IMG/VR virus record: IMGVR_UViG_3300002062_000002
From: a virus
DNA length: 27,706 bases
Reading direction: 5' to 3' (one strand)
Part shown: piece after piece, positions 1 through 9,419 of the stretch
Layout of the letters: each line of letters starts with the position of its first letter
Numbering within the stretch: the stretch's first letter is position 1
The notes under the pieces: generated by a model
The model's database searches: none
The model's input: the letters and a program-made list of their open reading frames with translations, nothing else
Told to the model about the DNA's origin: nothing
Program-made: the position numbers and the translations under genes

Positions 1-1
1 C

Positions 2-298
2 CCCCGGGCCATTAAGAAGTTTCCTGTCGCTGTACGGAAACGTCCTACCACAACCGCAAAATGTATAGATTGCATCATGGCAGGTAAACCTATTGATTAC
101 ATGGTAGACTCCAACCCCAAATTTGATCCCATTACCGATGAAATAATGCAACTTAACAATGCCTTGGATTTAGCCGTGCGAGGTGGTGAAACCGATGCGA
201 TACATAAAATGATTTACTCCGATCTCCCTGAAATAAGTAGTGTACTTGAGAATACACCAAAACGAAAACGTAGATTTAGTTTTGGTCGCCGCCGATAA
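2..298 (+). CDS. C-terminal part of a hypothetical phage protein (5'-truncated by the window edge)
   Basis: The frame of track ORF 77..298 is open back to position 2 (PRAIKKFPVAVRKRPTTTAKCIDCIM...). It has a basic C-terminal tail, and its stop is followed by a GC hairpin at a convergent junction. Confidence 0.7.
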   Translation, partial: PRAIKKFPVAVRKRPTTTAKCIDCIMAGKPIDYMVDSNPKFDPITDEIMQLNNALDLAVRGGETDAIHKMIYSDLPEISSVLENTPKRKRRFSFGRRR

Positions 299-307
299 CT
301 ACAATGC

Positions 308-345
308 AAAAAAGATAGGGGGACGCAAGTCCCCTCTTTATGCCG
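308..345. terminator. Probable bidirectional terminator between convergent genes
   Basis: GGGGGAC-GCAA-GTCCCCT hairpin at 318-335. The minus-strand tail is TATCTTTTTT and the plus-strand tail is CTTTATGCCG. Confidence 0.8.
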
Positions 346-1714
346 TTTCATCCCTCTCTACCCAAACAGAAAGTGCACTGGTGCAACGTATGTTTACATC
401 CGTTAACATATCCGACTCTGTCACATAGGCATGCTGGCATCCAATAAGGATGCCATTGAGCGCTGTAACATTATCTTTGTTGGCGTAGAGTATTTTGGTA
501 GGTAGTCCTGGACGTAATACATTTGGATCCGAATTAGTCCAATTAACAATAACCACGGTACCACGTCGACTGTTTAATTCAGATAACTGTCGTAATGAAT
601 TAGAACTGGCGGATGCAATGGGTGCGTGATTGAGGCCATCTTTACGACTCTCCACCAAATACTCGCTCATGTTGGCCGTACGACTAACTGAGGTTTTGCC
701 ATTTACGGTAGAAGCATAATTATCAATAATGCCGTTTGCGTTTTGATGACGTACCCCATTGCCAAAGTTTTGCAGTAATGACTCGGTTATGTCGATATGG
801 TTTACATTGCCAGTGGCTACGATGTTCACATGTCCATTTTTCACGCGATACGAATTATCTGTTAGTGGTAACGTATTTGTATCTACTAACGCCACGGTTA
901 AGGTGCGGTTGGAGTTGGAGTAAAGACCTGTATTATATAATCCCCAAATATACCATACACCACGTTCAACGTAGTTACCCAAGGCATGCTCGTATAGACC
1001 ATATTTATTTTGAATAAATTCGGCCAAGTTAGTTACTTTCGTCCCCGTTGGAATGAGTACCTGTTTAGGAATAGTCTTATTGTCAACGTCCCTAACATCA
1101 ACCCCTGCCAATTCCATTTGCACCTGACTTTGAGAACTTGTTAAGTTGGTACGTACATCTAATGGAGACGTTGTAAGTTTAGCCGGTAGCAGGCCCTGCA
1201 GGATTGCCTTCCACTCCCCTGAAAAAATACCCGATATAGTAGTTACCCGCAAATCATCTAGAATGGGGTCAACCAACTGCATGGTGACGGGGATCTGCCT
1301 AGACCTATCCCCCGCCTCCTCTTCCGTTGTTAAAGTAGACCCTGACCGTAGCCCTAAACTACTTTGATCTTTCAGTATAGCCCTGTACCTGGAGGTATAC
1401 ATGACCTTGCCGTCATCCAGTGTATCCTTAGATCCCTGCACTAGGGGCTTATGGATAATATCAATGTATAGATTTGCTTTAAATGGGTATATTCTAGATA
1501 CATACGTGCCAATACCGATATTAAAATTTATTTGTCGATCGTCAGTAAAGGCTTCTACATAATCCCGTACAACCGATAACGTCTGCACGTGGGTTAATAG
1601 TATCTCTTCATTGGGTGTACGTAGAATAACCTCCCACACTTCCTCCACATGTGTAGAGGGCGTAGAGGCTATCTCTACAATATCGGCATACAAACTGGTG
1701 TCTTGTACTACCAT
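338..1714 (-). CDS. Virion structural protein, phiKZ gp101-like (probable baseplate hub)
   Basis: 458-aa beta-rich ORF, last gene of a four-gene block (about 505/424/186/458 aa) whose sizes and order match the recalled phiKZ gp98-gp101 block. Confidence 0.7.
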   Translation of the reverse strand: MVVQDTSLYADIVEIASTPSTHVEEVWEVILRTPNEEILLTHVQTLSVVRDYVEAFTDDRQINFNIGIGTYVSRIYPFKANLYIDIIHKPLVQGSKDTLDDGKVMYTSRYRAILKDQSSLGLRSGSTLTTEEEAGDRSRQIPVTMQLVDPILDDLRVTTISGIFSGEWKAILQGLLPAKLTTSPLDVRTNLTSSQSQVQMELAGVDVRDVDNKTIPKQVLIPTGTKVTNLAEFIQNKYGLYEHALGNYVERGVWYIWGLYNTGLYSNSNRTLTVALVDTNTLPLTDNSYRVKNGHVNIVATGNVNHIDITESLLQNFGNGVRHQNANGIIDNYASTVNGKTSVSRTANMSEYLVESRKDGLNHAPIASASSNSLRQLSELNSRRGTVVIVNWTNSDPNVLRPGLPTKILYANKDNVTALNGILIGCQHAYVTESDMLTDVNIRCTSALSVWVERDETA

Positions 1715-2268
1715 CGTCGTTTCCCATTTAATACGTTCATGTCAAACGTGTTATTAACTATCGGCTTGTGTAAATCCGGTGCCTTTGTACGGTCCGGTGC
1801 AGCTTTACCTATAACGCCTTGGGTTAAGAACTTAATTAACTCCGAAGTCTCCTCATAGTTATCATCGTGGTTAATTTTTGCTCTAGGGTAAATGAACCCT
1901 GCAAACTTATCTAACTTTACAAGATCCTCAATGGGCGGCACCTTACCAATGATATTAGAGTTCCTAAACTCTTTAACCTCGTTTAGGTGTGCCACGATAA
2001 GTTGATACATCTCACCACCCACATCGTCGTCATCAACTTCAATGGGTATTTGGTTGGCGTGTAATTCGGCTAACTCCGCAATAGTTCGAATGGCATGCGA
2101 CATACACTTGGCACGACTTCTATCTAAATCTTCGTCCCCGCTTGTGATGACACCAAAGTTCTCAATGACCGAATCGCTATAGATTGCAAATTCAGGTATT
2201 CGACATTGATATTTACTGTGAAAGACCCGGTACCCTGCACTTTTCATTGTATCCGCTGTCGTTTTCAT
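1708..2268 (-). CDS. Conserved jumbo-phage protein, phiKZ gp100-like
   Basis: 186 aa with a KVPPIEDLVKLDKFA segment. GAGGTG Shine-Dalgarno upstream, and it overlaps the next gene by 7 nt. Confidence 0.65.
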   Translation of the reverse strand: MKTTADTMKSAGYRVFHSKYQCRIPEFAIYSDSVIENFGVITSGDEDLDRSRAKCMSHAIRTIAELAELHANQIPIEVDDDDVGGEMYQLIVAHLNEVKEFRNSNIIGKVPPIEDLVKLDKFAGFIYPRAKINHDDNYEETSELIKFLTQGVIGKAAPDRTKAPDLHKPIVNNTFDMNVLNGKRRW

Positions 2269-2269
2269 A

Positions 2270-3544
2270 TCACACCTCTAAGCTCTGTAATAGAATTATA
2301 AGTATGGGAATTTGATAAAATTGAGTAAGTGGACTCCACGATCTCACGTCTTCGGCTAACATGATAAGATGAGTTGTATCTAATGACTTACCGCTAAACC
2401 ACATGGAAAGATATCTCTCCAATAAAGATTTTTTATCTGTATCGTTATAGAAATTAGACGACACAATATAACTACCCCCTAACGTAGAAGGCCAGACCAT
2501 CGGCACTTCCATGTCAACAGTGACATCGTCGGTAATTTCTACCTGCCCCTCTACTGGAATACGTACGTGCCTAATGTTAGTCCAGGCTATACCACCCAGT
2601 AGGGGTTGGGTAGCATAGTTAACCACCGCACTGTTTGCCATGACCTGCGTAAACGGCATGGTATACAGCTCACCGTCTGTAATGTAGTCCCATAGAGTGG
2701 TGACCCGCTGCCCCGGGACATTGCTACAATTTAAGGCTCTGGGTAGTCTTTTCCAATTGACGGATAACTTACGAAGTACCTTAATGAGGTGAGGGTCATA
2801 AACCAATCCGTCGATGGGGTCATTAAATGCAATTGTATTAGATTCAACGTCAAAGAACATATCTTCATATGTTTGTGTAAGGCTCTCTATGAGCTTTTTA
2901 ACCACAACCCTACGACTTATGTCATCATCGGTTATAAGTCCGTTGTAGCCGCCTCTAAGGCGATCCCTGTCAAAGTGATTGACTTCCACAGTTTTATCGT
3001 TTAGATTGGTAGTGAGTTCATCGTTAACGTAATCGATTAACTTATAGGTTATCTCAAACGCAGATTCCTTATAAATTGTTTTTCTACTGACGGACAATAC
3101 CGAAAAGAGCGCACCTCTACCATCGCCAACATCGGCTATAAATACATCTCCTTCATTGGGTGTTATTCCGGGGTATAATTGAGCGGTTCCAGTTACCTCA
3201 AATAAGGAGGTTTCCGAATTTTGACTTTGACTTAATGGGTCGGTTACCTTAAGTTCTAAATTTATAATTTTGTGGTATTGTTGATATGCCCCTTCCTGAC
3301 TAAGGTCTAGCGTATTACCTACCTGGTCACTGCCCAATACCTGCCCGTAAAAGTCTACATGCCAACTTGACCCGGATATAAACGTCAATAATGAAGAATG
3401 ATCGATTTCTTTACTGTTCACTACATTACCACCGTATTTTGATACACCGTCACGAGGGCGAACTATATCTGTATTACGGATGGGGGCAATGGCATCTGGG
3501 ACAACAACGACACTGTCTGCTGGTGTATCTGTGATAAGTGGCAT
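2270..3544 (-). CDS. Virion structural protein, phiKZ gp99-like (probable neck/head-closure protein)
   Basis: 424 aa. The motif PNEGDVFIADVGDGRGALFSV resembles T4 gp14-type head-closure proteins. AGGAG Shine-Dalgarno; synteny. Confidence 0.7.
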   Translation of the reverse strand: MPLITDTPADSVVVVPDAIAPIRNTDIVRPRDGVSKYGGNVVNSKEIDHSSLLTFISGSSWHVDFYGQVLGSDQVGNTLDLSQEGAYQQYHKIINLELKVTDPLSQSQNSETSLFEVTGTAQLYPGITPNEGDVFIADVGDGRGALFSVLSVSRKTIYKESAFEITYKLIDYVNDELTTNLNDKTVEVNHFDRDRLRGGYNGLITDDDISRRVVVKKLIESLTQTYEDMFFDVESNTIAFNDPIDGLVYDPHLIKVLRKLSVNWKRLPRALNCSNVPGQRVTTLWDYITDGELYTMPFTQVMANSAVVNYATQPLLGGIAWTNIRHVRIPVEGQVEITDDVTVDMEVPMVWPSTLGGSYIVSSNFYNDTDKKSLLERYLSMWFSGKSLDTTHLIMLAEDVRSWSPLTQFYQIPILIILLQSLEV

Positions 3545-3552
3545 ATAGACTC

Positions 3553-5070
3553 CTATGTTTTATTCGCGGTAATGACAAAATTACCAACGGTAAGTATATT
3601 ACTTTCCAAATGATTTCTAAAATGTTTAATAGATTCGGATAATTCGGTACGTAACTTCATCCATTGAGGTCGACCTAACGTATTGTTATCTAATATGGGT
3701 ATGGTGGATATATCAAAGTCGGAATTAATAATGGAAGCTAAGCGTTTGATGTATTCCCCGTTAGCAAGTAACCCGTCCACCGCTACGTCACTTAACATTG
3801 AGATGTCGGTGATCACCGTTATGCAAATATGGTATCTGTGCCGTATATCTAAATCAAAAGTACTGAGTACCTGAAGATCATCCGTTACAGTTAAAGCATC
3901 ACTGTACAATGGTAGATTATTTCGAAACAGGGTTATGTGGTACGGGTGCTGATATAGTTGAGTAATGCACTCGGGATACTTAGCCATGTGCTCTCGTACC
4001 GTGGGATCTAGTTGAACCAGTCCTAATTTATCTAAATCTAATAAATTTCTTGGATTGTTCACATCCACTTGCACCATTGCACGCACTGCGGTTGAGTAAT
4101 GCCCCTTAATGCGATCTGGCATCCACTCATCCCATGAGGGGATACTTATTCCCCCATAGCTACTACCGGGCATGAAGTTAGTCACGTTAAGTTTAGCAAG
4201 TCGACTGGTGGTGTGTGACGAGAATTCTGGATCTACCAATGCATTAAAATTCTCACCCCGCACACGCAGGTTGCCTGGAACTATCTGGTTATGTACCATT
4301 AATGGATAGGCCATGGCAAATGCCCCGGGTTTATCGTATTCGAATGTATACCCAAATGACGCTGTCCATAGGTTGTCTGTTTTGGATGGTTTTGGGGGAC
4401 GGTCAAAATCAAACCATCCATTAATGCCTGTTTGGGTTTCGTTAATGGCATAGATAGAGGCGCGGCCGGCTTGGTTGGTCATTACGGTAACCCGATCGGT
4501 AAAGTGGTTTCTTAACCAGGTTCCAAACGTATCCCCGTACCCACCAACGTTCTCCCTAAGTTTCCATATCTCAACGAGAATGTGCATAAACGTAACAGTA
4601 ATGGGATAGTGGTATTGTACTGTATGTCGATTATGTTGCCTATCTCCACTCAACCGTCTACGGATACCCTGCATCCAATTATTGGCACGTGTCTCAGAGT
4701 TAAACTGTAACTCGAATGACAAGGTTGTGCGCGTCTTATAATAAACTGGCTTTATCCATACCTCTAATTTCTTATCATAAAAAATGGCATGGTGTCCACT
4801 ATCGGTTATTTTCTTATCCAGTAGATCGTCTTCTGAATATTCTTCTTCCATACTGACTCGTATGTGCTCTTTTGAATCGAATTTAACATCGGTGGATATG
4901 GAGCCCAGTGCACTATTTAGTTGCAGGGCTTCACTTCCATCTTTATTTAATAGCACACTTGCTTCTTTACCTATCCCCGTTCGAGATAGGATATTTCTAG
5001 TTATATCAAACACAATAGGCCGTATTACGGACTCAATTATTTCAGGTATTTCAGCACTAATAATAGGCAT
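3553..5070 (-). CDS. Virion structural protein, phiKZ gp98-like (neck/tail-completion candidate)
   Basis: Start corrected to MPIIS at 5070 (505 aa): GGAGAG Shine-Dalgarno upstream, and the track start at 5133 lies inside a terminator hairpin. Synteny supports the assignment. Confidence 0.7.
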   Translation of the reverse strand: MPIISAEIPEIIESVIRPIVFDITRNILSRTGIGKEASVLLNKDGSEALQLNSALGSISTDVKFDSKEHIRVSMEEEYSEDDLLDKKITDSGHHAIFYDKKLEVWIKPVYYKTRTTLSFELQFNSETRANNWMQGIRRRLSGDRQHNRHTVQYHYPITVTFMHILVEIWKLRENVGGYGDTFGTWLRNHFTDRVTVMTNQAGRASIYAINETQTGINGWFDFDRPPKPSKTDNLWTASFGYTFEYDKPGAFAMAYPLMVHNQIVPGNLRVRGENFNALVDPEFSSHTTSRLAKLNVTNFMPGSSYGGISIPSWDEWMPDRIKGHYSTAVRAMVQVDVNNPRNLLDLDKLGLVQLDPTVREHMAKYPECITQLYQHPYHITLFRNNLPLYSDALTVTDDLQVLSTFDLDIRHRYHICITVITDISMLSDVAVDGLLANGEYIKRLASIINSDFDISTIPILDNNTLGRPQWMKLRTELSESIKHFRNHLESNILTVGNFVITANKT

Positions 5071-5090
5071 TGCATCTCTCCGTGGGTTAA

Positions 5091-5100
5091 CTACATAGAA
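5091..5100 (-). promoter_or_regulatory. Candidate late promoter (TATG core)
   Basis: TTCTATGTAG lies about 24 nt upstream of the 5070 start and just after a terminator. phiKZ late promoters have a TATG core. Confidence 0.45.
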
Positions 5101-5102
5101 TA

Positions 5103-5142
5103 CGGCAAAAAAAAATACAGCGTGACCAAACACTGTATTTTT
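5103..5142 (-). terminator. Intrinsic terminator
   Basis: Minus strand reads AAAAATACAGTG-TTTGGTCA-CGCTGTA-TTTTTTTTT-GCCG immediately after the stop at 5148. Confidence 0.75.
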
Positions 5143-5147
5143 AAAGA

Positions 5148-5933
5148 TTACTTTACCGGTAATACATCACCAATTTCAACTAGTCGATTAAACCCCTTAG
5201 ACATGGCAATGGGATTTTCTCTGACCTTAAGATACTCCACCCAAAACTCTTTACGTAAATTAAGTATAAACCGAGCAGCGACTGCGGGGCCCCTTAACCC
5301 TTTTGCAAACAGTGGCGGCGGAGAAGGTAATATACTACGTCCTGTTAAACGAATAAGTTCATCCAACTCATCAATCATTTCTTGGATACGTTGATGTTTG
5401 CATGTTGTTATATACGTTAATTCCTCTATGGTGTATCGTTTCATTACCGCATACATTGAATTGCCGGTAAGTGGAGTTAGTAACGTGTTTATTTCATTTA
5501 TGCGTTCCCGTAGAAGCTTACGTCCATCGTTGGTAACACCTATGACGCCACTGTGCAAGGTAAGACCACAGTTGGAGAACATCAGGTTAAATAGATACCA
5601 ATGTGTCCAATTGCGGGTAGGTAGGGGATAACTTTTTTTCGCAGTATTTTTTTCATATTCCATTGTTATAAAATATAACCCACTTGGCGTTGCCGGTAGT
5701 ACCTCTAAACTTCCTACATTTGTGTGGATGGTAGGAAGCGACGGGTCAATGACCCAGCCCTCATTGTATCCTCCGTCGTCCGTATGATGCGACTTACGGT
5801 TAAAGGTGCACACCGCCATCCCATCTAAAAGATCAGTGGCAATTGCAATGGCTTCTCTAATGGTCATTGATCGATATTGATTGACTTGATACTCTTCAAT
5901 AATACGGTCTTGTTTAGCCTGAGATAAATTCAT
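5148..5933 (-). CDS. Hypothetical protein (accessory insertion in the structural cluster)
   Basis: 261-aa ORF with AGGA Shine-Dalgarno, bounded by hairpins on both sides. No family recognised. Confidence 0.75.
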   Translation of the reverse strand: MNLSQAKQDRIIEEYQVNQYRSMTIREAIAIATDLLDGMAVCTFNRKSHHTDDGGYNEGWVIDPSLPTIHTNVGSLEVLPATPSGLYFITMEYEKNTAKKSYPLPTRNWTHWYLFNLMFSNCGLTLHSGVIGVTNDGRKLLRERINEINTLLTPLTGNSMYAVMKRYTIEELTYITTCKHQRIQEMIDELDELIRLTGRSILPSPPPLFAKGLRGPAVAARFILNLRKEFWVEYLKVRENPIAMSKGFNRLVEIGDVLPVK

Positions 5934-6010
5934 GTTATACGTAGTCCTGTTAGTTAGTAATATTTGTCCATAATAAATGTACGTTAATTAAAAAAAGATA
6001 TAGCGTATTA

Positions 6011-6020
6011 ATAATATATG
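6011..6020 (-). promoter_or_regulatory. Candidate early-type promoter element CATATATTAT
   Basis: Resembles the phiKZ early consensus TATATTAC and lies in the AT-rich spacer upstream of the 261-aa ORF. Confidence 0.3.
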
Positions 6021-6038
6021 CATCAAATACGTTTAGTC

Positions 6039-6067
6039 CGACATAACTAGGGGCGCGGGACCCCTAG
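6039..6067 (-). terminator. Terminator-like hairpin at the end of the head-protein operon
   Basis: Minus strand reads CTAGGGG-TCCCGCG-CCCCTAG followed by TTATGTCG. Confidence 0.6.
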
Positions 6068-6116
6068 CCGTTTCACAAATAAGCAATGTGTGGTTGACGA
6101 ATTTGTGTGGTTATGC

Positions 6117-7454
6117 TTACTTGTAATTAGATAACGATTTAGTACAAACAGTTGCCGATGCACGGATGGCCGCTAAGCCATTGCGTGTAATTGACGTAAA
6201 TGGTTCAGACGACCAGGTTGCTAAGCTTGTAATAAATTCAAGTGCAGACTTTGGATACGCGCGAACTTCAGATGATAGATCGCCGTGTTTAGTCAATGCC
6301 GCGTCTAATTTCTTACCCGCTGCAAATGCCTTGTCTTTGGCCTTTTTAAGGTTACCGATTTCTTTACCGCGCTCCCACGCTTCAATGCCATCAATGGTAT
6401 CAATCGCAACATCACAAATAGCTTTGATGTCTGCAACCGATAACGTTTTAATAGACGCGTCTTCTAATGGATCTTTACGCTTTTCAAACGTAGACATGAC
6501 ACGATATACACGTGAACGCTTTTTACGGGCCAGTGTAAGAATATCTTCGTCACCTTTAAATTCATCAAAGCTTAAGAAAACAGACATGTTACCCGCTAAC
6601 GCGCCAGTGCGTACTTTATGACCGTCATCAAAACGCGAGTCGTTGACTACGTCGGTAAGCTTTAGATCACCTACAACTTCTTTGTCTTTAACCGTTGGGA
6701 ATGCATACACTTTAGAAAGACTCACTTTTGCGTCAGCTTCTTTCATGTCGTCCGATAGATTAAAGTCTTTCAAGCCTTCTTCAATCTTTTCGGCGCGCGT
6801 AATCATGATTTTGGCGTAGTAATCAAACAATGCATTAACCGCACTTTTGTTTACTTCAAGTGTTGCAATGATGTCTTTTGCTGTACCGGGCGCTTTGTTG
6901 TTTACGACCAGTGCGTTAACTTCAGAACCTAATTCGGTTTTGGCTTCTTCAACCGATTTAGATGTCGCTGCATCCGCACGCTCTTTGAGGGCAAGAAACG
7001 ATTTCTTTAAACGCGGTAAGGCACCAAAGATCTTTTGGAAGAACATTTCAACTTGCTTAGCAATACGCTTAATGAAGTCAACGATAGTTTTCCATACGTT
7101 GGCCGCAGCATCTTTAATACTTTCTACCGAAACGGTATCGTCCAATGCACTTTCAAGGCCAGGGGTGACCTCAGCGCCATTAAGGCCAGTGCCTGCAACC
7201 GCAAGGTCGCTTGCAACGTCAAGTAAACCTAATTCGATAGCAGTCGATTTTTCAATGCTACCCGCTACAATGGCAAGGTTTTCTAAACCAACTTGAATGT
7301 CAGACATGCGCTCAACTTCATCACACATAGCCACAACTTCGTGATGACATTCCAAGGCCACTTCAAGGTTATTGGCCTGCGTTAATTCGTCTAAGACAAC
7401 ATGACTTTTAGAGGGACTAACACCAGTAAAGGCGGTACGTAGATTATTTCTCAT
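6117..7454 (-). CDS. Internal head/inner-body protein, phiKZ gp93-like paralog family
   Basis: 445 aa with an acidic N-terminal propeptide carrying ALE, GLE, GLE and SVE sites. This is followed by the amphipathic SIKDAAANVWKTIVDFIKRI helix and a C-terminal KSLSNYK. Paralogous to the adjacent gene. Confidence 0.8.
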   Translation of the reverse strand: MRNNLRTAFTGVSPSKSHVVLDELTQANNLEVALECHHEVVAMCDEVERMSDIQVGLENLAIVAGSIEKSTAIELGLLDVASDLAVAGTGLNGAEVTPGLESALDDTVSVESIKDAAANVWKTIVDFIKRIAKQVEMFFQKIFGALPRLKKSFLALKERADAATSKSVEEAKTELGSEVNALVVNNKAPGTAKDIIATLEVNKSAVNALFDYYAKIMITRAEKIEEGLKDFNLSDDMKEADAKVSLSKVYAFPTVKDKEVVGDLKLTDVVNDSRFDDGHKVRTGALAGNMSVFLSFDEFKGDEDILTLARKKRSRVYRVMSTFEKRKDPLEDASIKTLSVADIKAICDVAIDTIDGIEAWERGKEIGNLKKAKDKAFAAGKKLDAALTKHGDLSSEVRAYPKSALEFITSLATWSSEPFTSITRNGLAAIRASATVCTKSLSNYK

Positions 7455-7494
7455 TTTTTTGTTTTCCTAACAATGTATCATGGGGGATTTAGAC

Positions 7495-7519
7495 TGTCCA
7501 TGTATTACATACATGGACA
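7495..7519. other. Perfect 11-bp inverted repeat between the two inner-body paralogs
   Basis: TGTCCATGTAT-TAC-ATACATGGACA, with no U-tract in the direction of transcription. Confidence 0.7.
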
Positions 7520-7525
7520 AAAGAT

Positions 7526-8857
7526 TTACGCGTATTGAGCTAAAGACTTTTGACATACGTCCAATAGTGCTTTACTTGTACCGATTGCACATGACGTAAT
7601 TTGAGTGGCGGGGTAGCTGTTGGCATCTTGTAGAAGTTTCAATTTCGATGCCACTACCTTATTGGTACCACGGCCCACTGAACCTAATGTGTACTTGTCC
7701 GTTTTTTCGCCAACCTTACGGGCAGCGGCCATGGCCTTTTCCATACTTTTCTGATACTTAAAGTAATCTGTTTCGTACGCTTGAATGCTAGCTGCAACTT
7801 CAGCTACGCCATCTGCCACTTTAGAAATATCTGGCAATTTAAGCGCATCAATTTCCTGATCATCGGCAACTTCAACGGCTTTGCCTGCTGAGGTTTTCTT
7901 AGATTCAAAGCGAACTCGAAGATCTTTAACGGCAACATTAAAATCTTCCAAGGTATCCAACTTGCCGGCCATCTTAGGCATACGTAGTATTTTACCGCCT
8001 AGGAATACATTGGTATCGCCTTTAGGTAAAGCGTCAAACAATTCTTTGTACGTTACGGCACCTAGGAATTTGCCATCTTTATACACGGCACTTTCGTCTT
8101 TACCTTCCCATGTTTCTTTAGGGGCGTCTGCCGCGGCCTTAAACGTCTTTTCTGCCAAGTCTGCCATTTTGGTAATCATTGCACCATGATCTTGGAAGAA
8201 GTCGCGGGTAAGACTTTTAAGTGCATCTGTACCTGAAATTAACTTACCCGCATCAACTTTGCCGGTCGTTTCTAAATATAGATACTTCGCACCACCGCCC
8301 AACTTGATTTTTTCAACATCGTCTTTCAGTGTACCGTTAGATTCACCGGCCGCCTTTGCTAACTTTTCAGCAGATGCTTTAAGTGACGCTGCGGTAGAGA
8401 ATGATTTCTTATACCACTCCATGATTTTTTGACGTACTTCTTCAAACTTTCCAACCAACCACTTAATCAAATCGTTAGCTTTTTCTTTAATGGACTCAAC
8501 CGAGATAGTAGTGGCTTGTTCGCGTGTACTTTCACCGCCAAATGATTCAAGTGAAGGAATGGCATCTTCTACCTTTATACCAAATTGACCAAGGTGCGAT
8601 TCAACCGCCACGGTAACAAGACCAGCGCCAAAGCGATCTAAACCACCACCTTCTAGCGATGCTTCAATTTGTTCGGCCAATGCTTCTAAGCCAACAATAC
8701 TATTTGATACGGCTTCAATTTCCATGGCGTCTACTTCAAACGAAGCGGCTTCAACGGAAACGTCGGCAACCATTTGATTAAGATCGACGTCACTTGACAT
8801 TGAAACTGATTTTTTGTTTTGGTTCAATTGTGAACCGATGTTATGTAAATTTCTCAT
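7526..8857 (-). CDS. Internal head/inner-body protein, phiKZ gp93-like paralog family
   Basis: 443 aa with the propeptide segment ASLEGGGLD...PSLESFGG...ISVESIKE and a C-terminal KSLAQYA. Confidence 0.82.
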   Translation of the reverse strand: MRNLHNIGSQLNQNKKSVSMSSDVDLNQMVADVSVEAASFEVDAMEIEAVSNSIVGLEALAEQIEASLEGGGLDRFGAGLVTVAVESHLGQFGIKVEDAIPSLESFGGESTREQATTISVESIKEKANDLIKWLVGKFEEVRQKIMEWYKKSFSTAASLKASAEKLAKAAGESNGTLKDDVEKIKLGGGAKYLYLETTGKVDAGKLISGTDALKSLTRDFFQDHGAMITKMADLAEKTFKAAADAPKETWEGKDESAVYKDGKFLGAVTYKELFDALPKGDTNVFLGGKILRMPKMAGKLDTLEDFNVAVKDLRVRFESKKTSAGKAVEVADDQEIDALKLPDISKVADGVAEVAASIQAYETDYFKYQKSMEKAMAAARKVGEKTDKYTLGSVGRGTNKVVASKLKLLQDANSYPATQITSCAIGTSKALLDVCQKSLAQYA

Positions 8858-8870
8858 TTACGTATATTCC

Positions 8871-9419
8871 CTATTTGTTGCAACAAAGTTGGTGGGGGGT
8901 GCCAAACAAAACCACTAGAGTATTGACTAAATCGTAGATGCCGTCTTGTCGACGTATCCAAGCTACATACTCCGAAGTCTCCGAGGGGTAGCCGTGTTGA
9001 TCTAATTCCATATCTAGCTTAGGTCGAGTTTGACGATTTATAAGGCTTGCAGTGTGCACAATATCGCCTGGTGATAAAAAATCTATTAACTGTCTACGGC
9101 TACGGATACTCACGGGGCGGGTGCCGCATGTAATATATTTAACCGTATCGGCAATAAACTCAAAAAGGTGATCGCTGCCAGTTGATACAGGCGCGCTCTC
9201 ATATAAGTAAGATAACCGTTTGCATGGATTCGATCCTAGGTGACATTTAGCCACGCGGATTATATCCCCAACCAATTCCATAGGAATGGCTTTAGTACGT
9301 ACCGCTTTAAATCGTTCCGCAACCTCTACGACGTTAGGGCACGCCATAACTTTGACAGGGCGAGCTTCTAGCTTTAACTTATATACCATTCCACTCGGAG
9401 AGATAATGTCATCATACAT
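8871..9419 (-). CDS. Conserved virion-cluster protein (phiKZ gp91/gp92 region)
   Basis: 182 aa, overlaps the upstream gene by 8 nt; synteny. Confidence 0.6.
   Translation of the reverse strand: MYDDIISPSGMVYKLKLEARPVKVMACPNVVEVAERFKAVRTKAIPMELVGDIIRVAKCHLGSNPCKRLSYLYESAPVSTGSDHLFEFIADTVKYITCGTRPVSIRSRRQLIDFLSPGDIVHTASLINRQTRPKLDMELDQHGYPSETSEYVAWIRRQDGIYDLVNTLVVLFGTPHQLCCNK

Noticed and set aside
240-428. 62-aa plus-strand ORF
   Set aside because: It spans a terminator and overlaps two better-supported genes.
5071-5133. N-terminal extension MFGHAVFFFAVF that looks like a signal peptide
   Set aside because: It is the translation of a terminator hairpin and T-tract; a better start with a Shine-Dalgarno exists at 5070.
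6166-8189. Long antisense ORFs (151, 149 and 102 aa) opposite the inner-body genes
   Set aside because: They mirror the sense codon frame and are Ser/Leu-rich, typical shadows of biased codon usage. The same applies to the antisense ORFs at 10444-11199, 12575-13021, 15714-16766 and 22760-24003.
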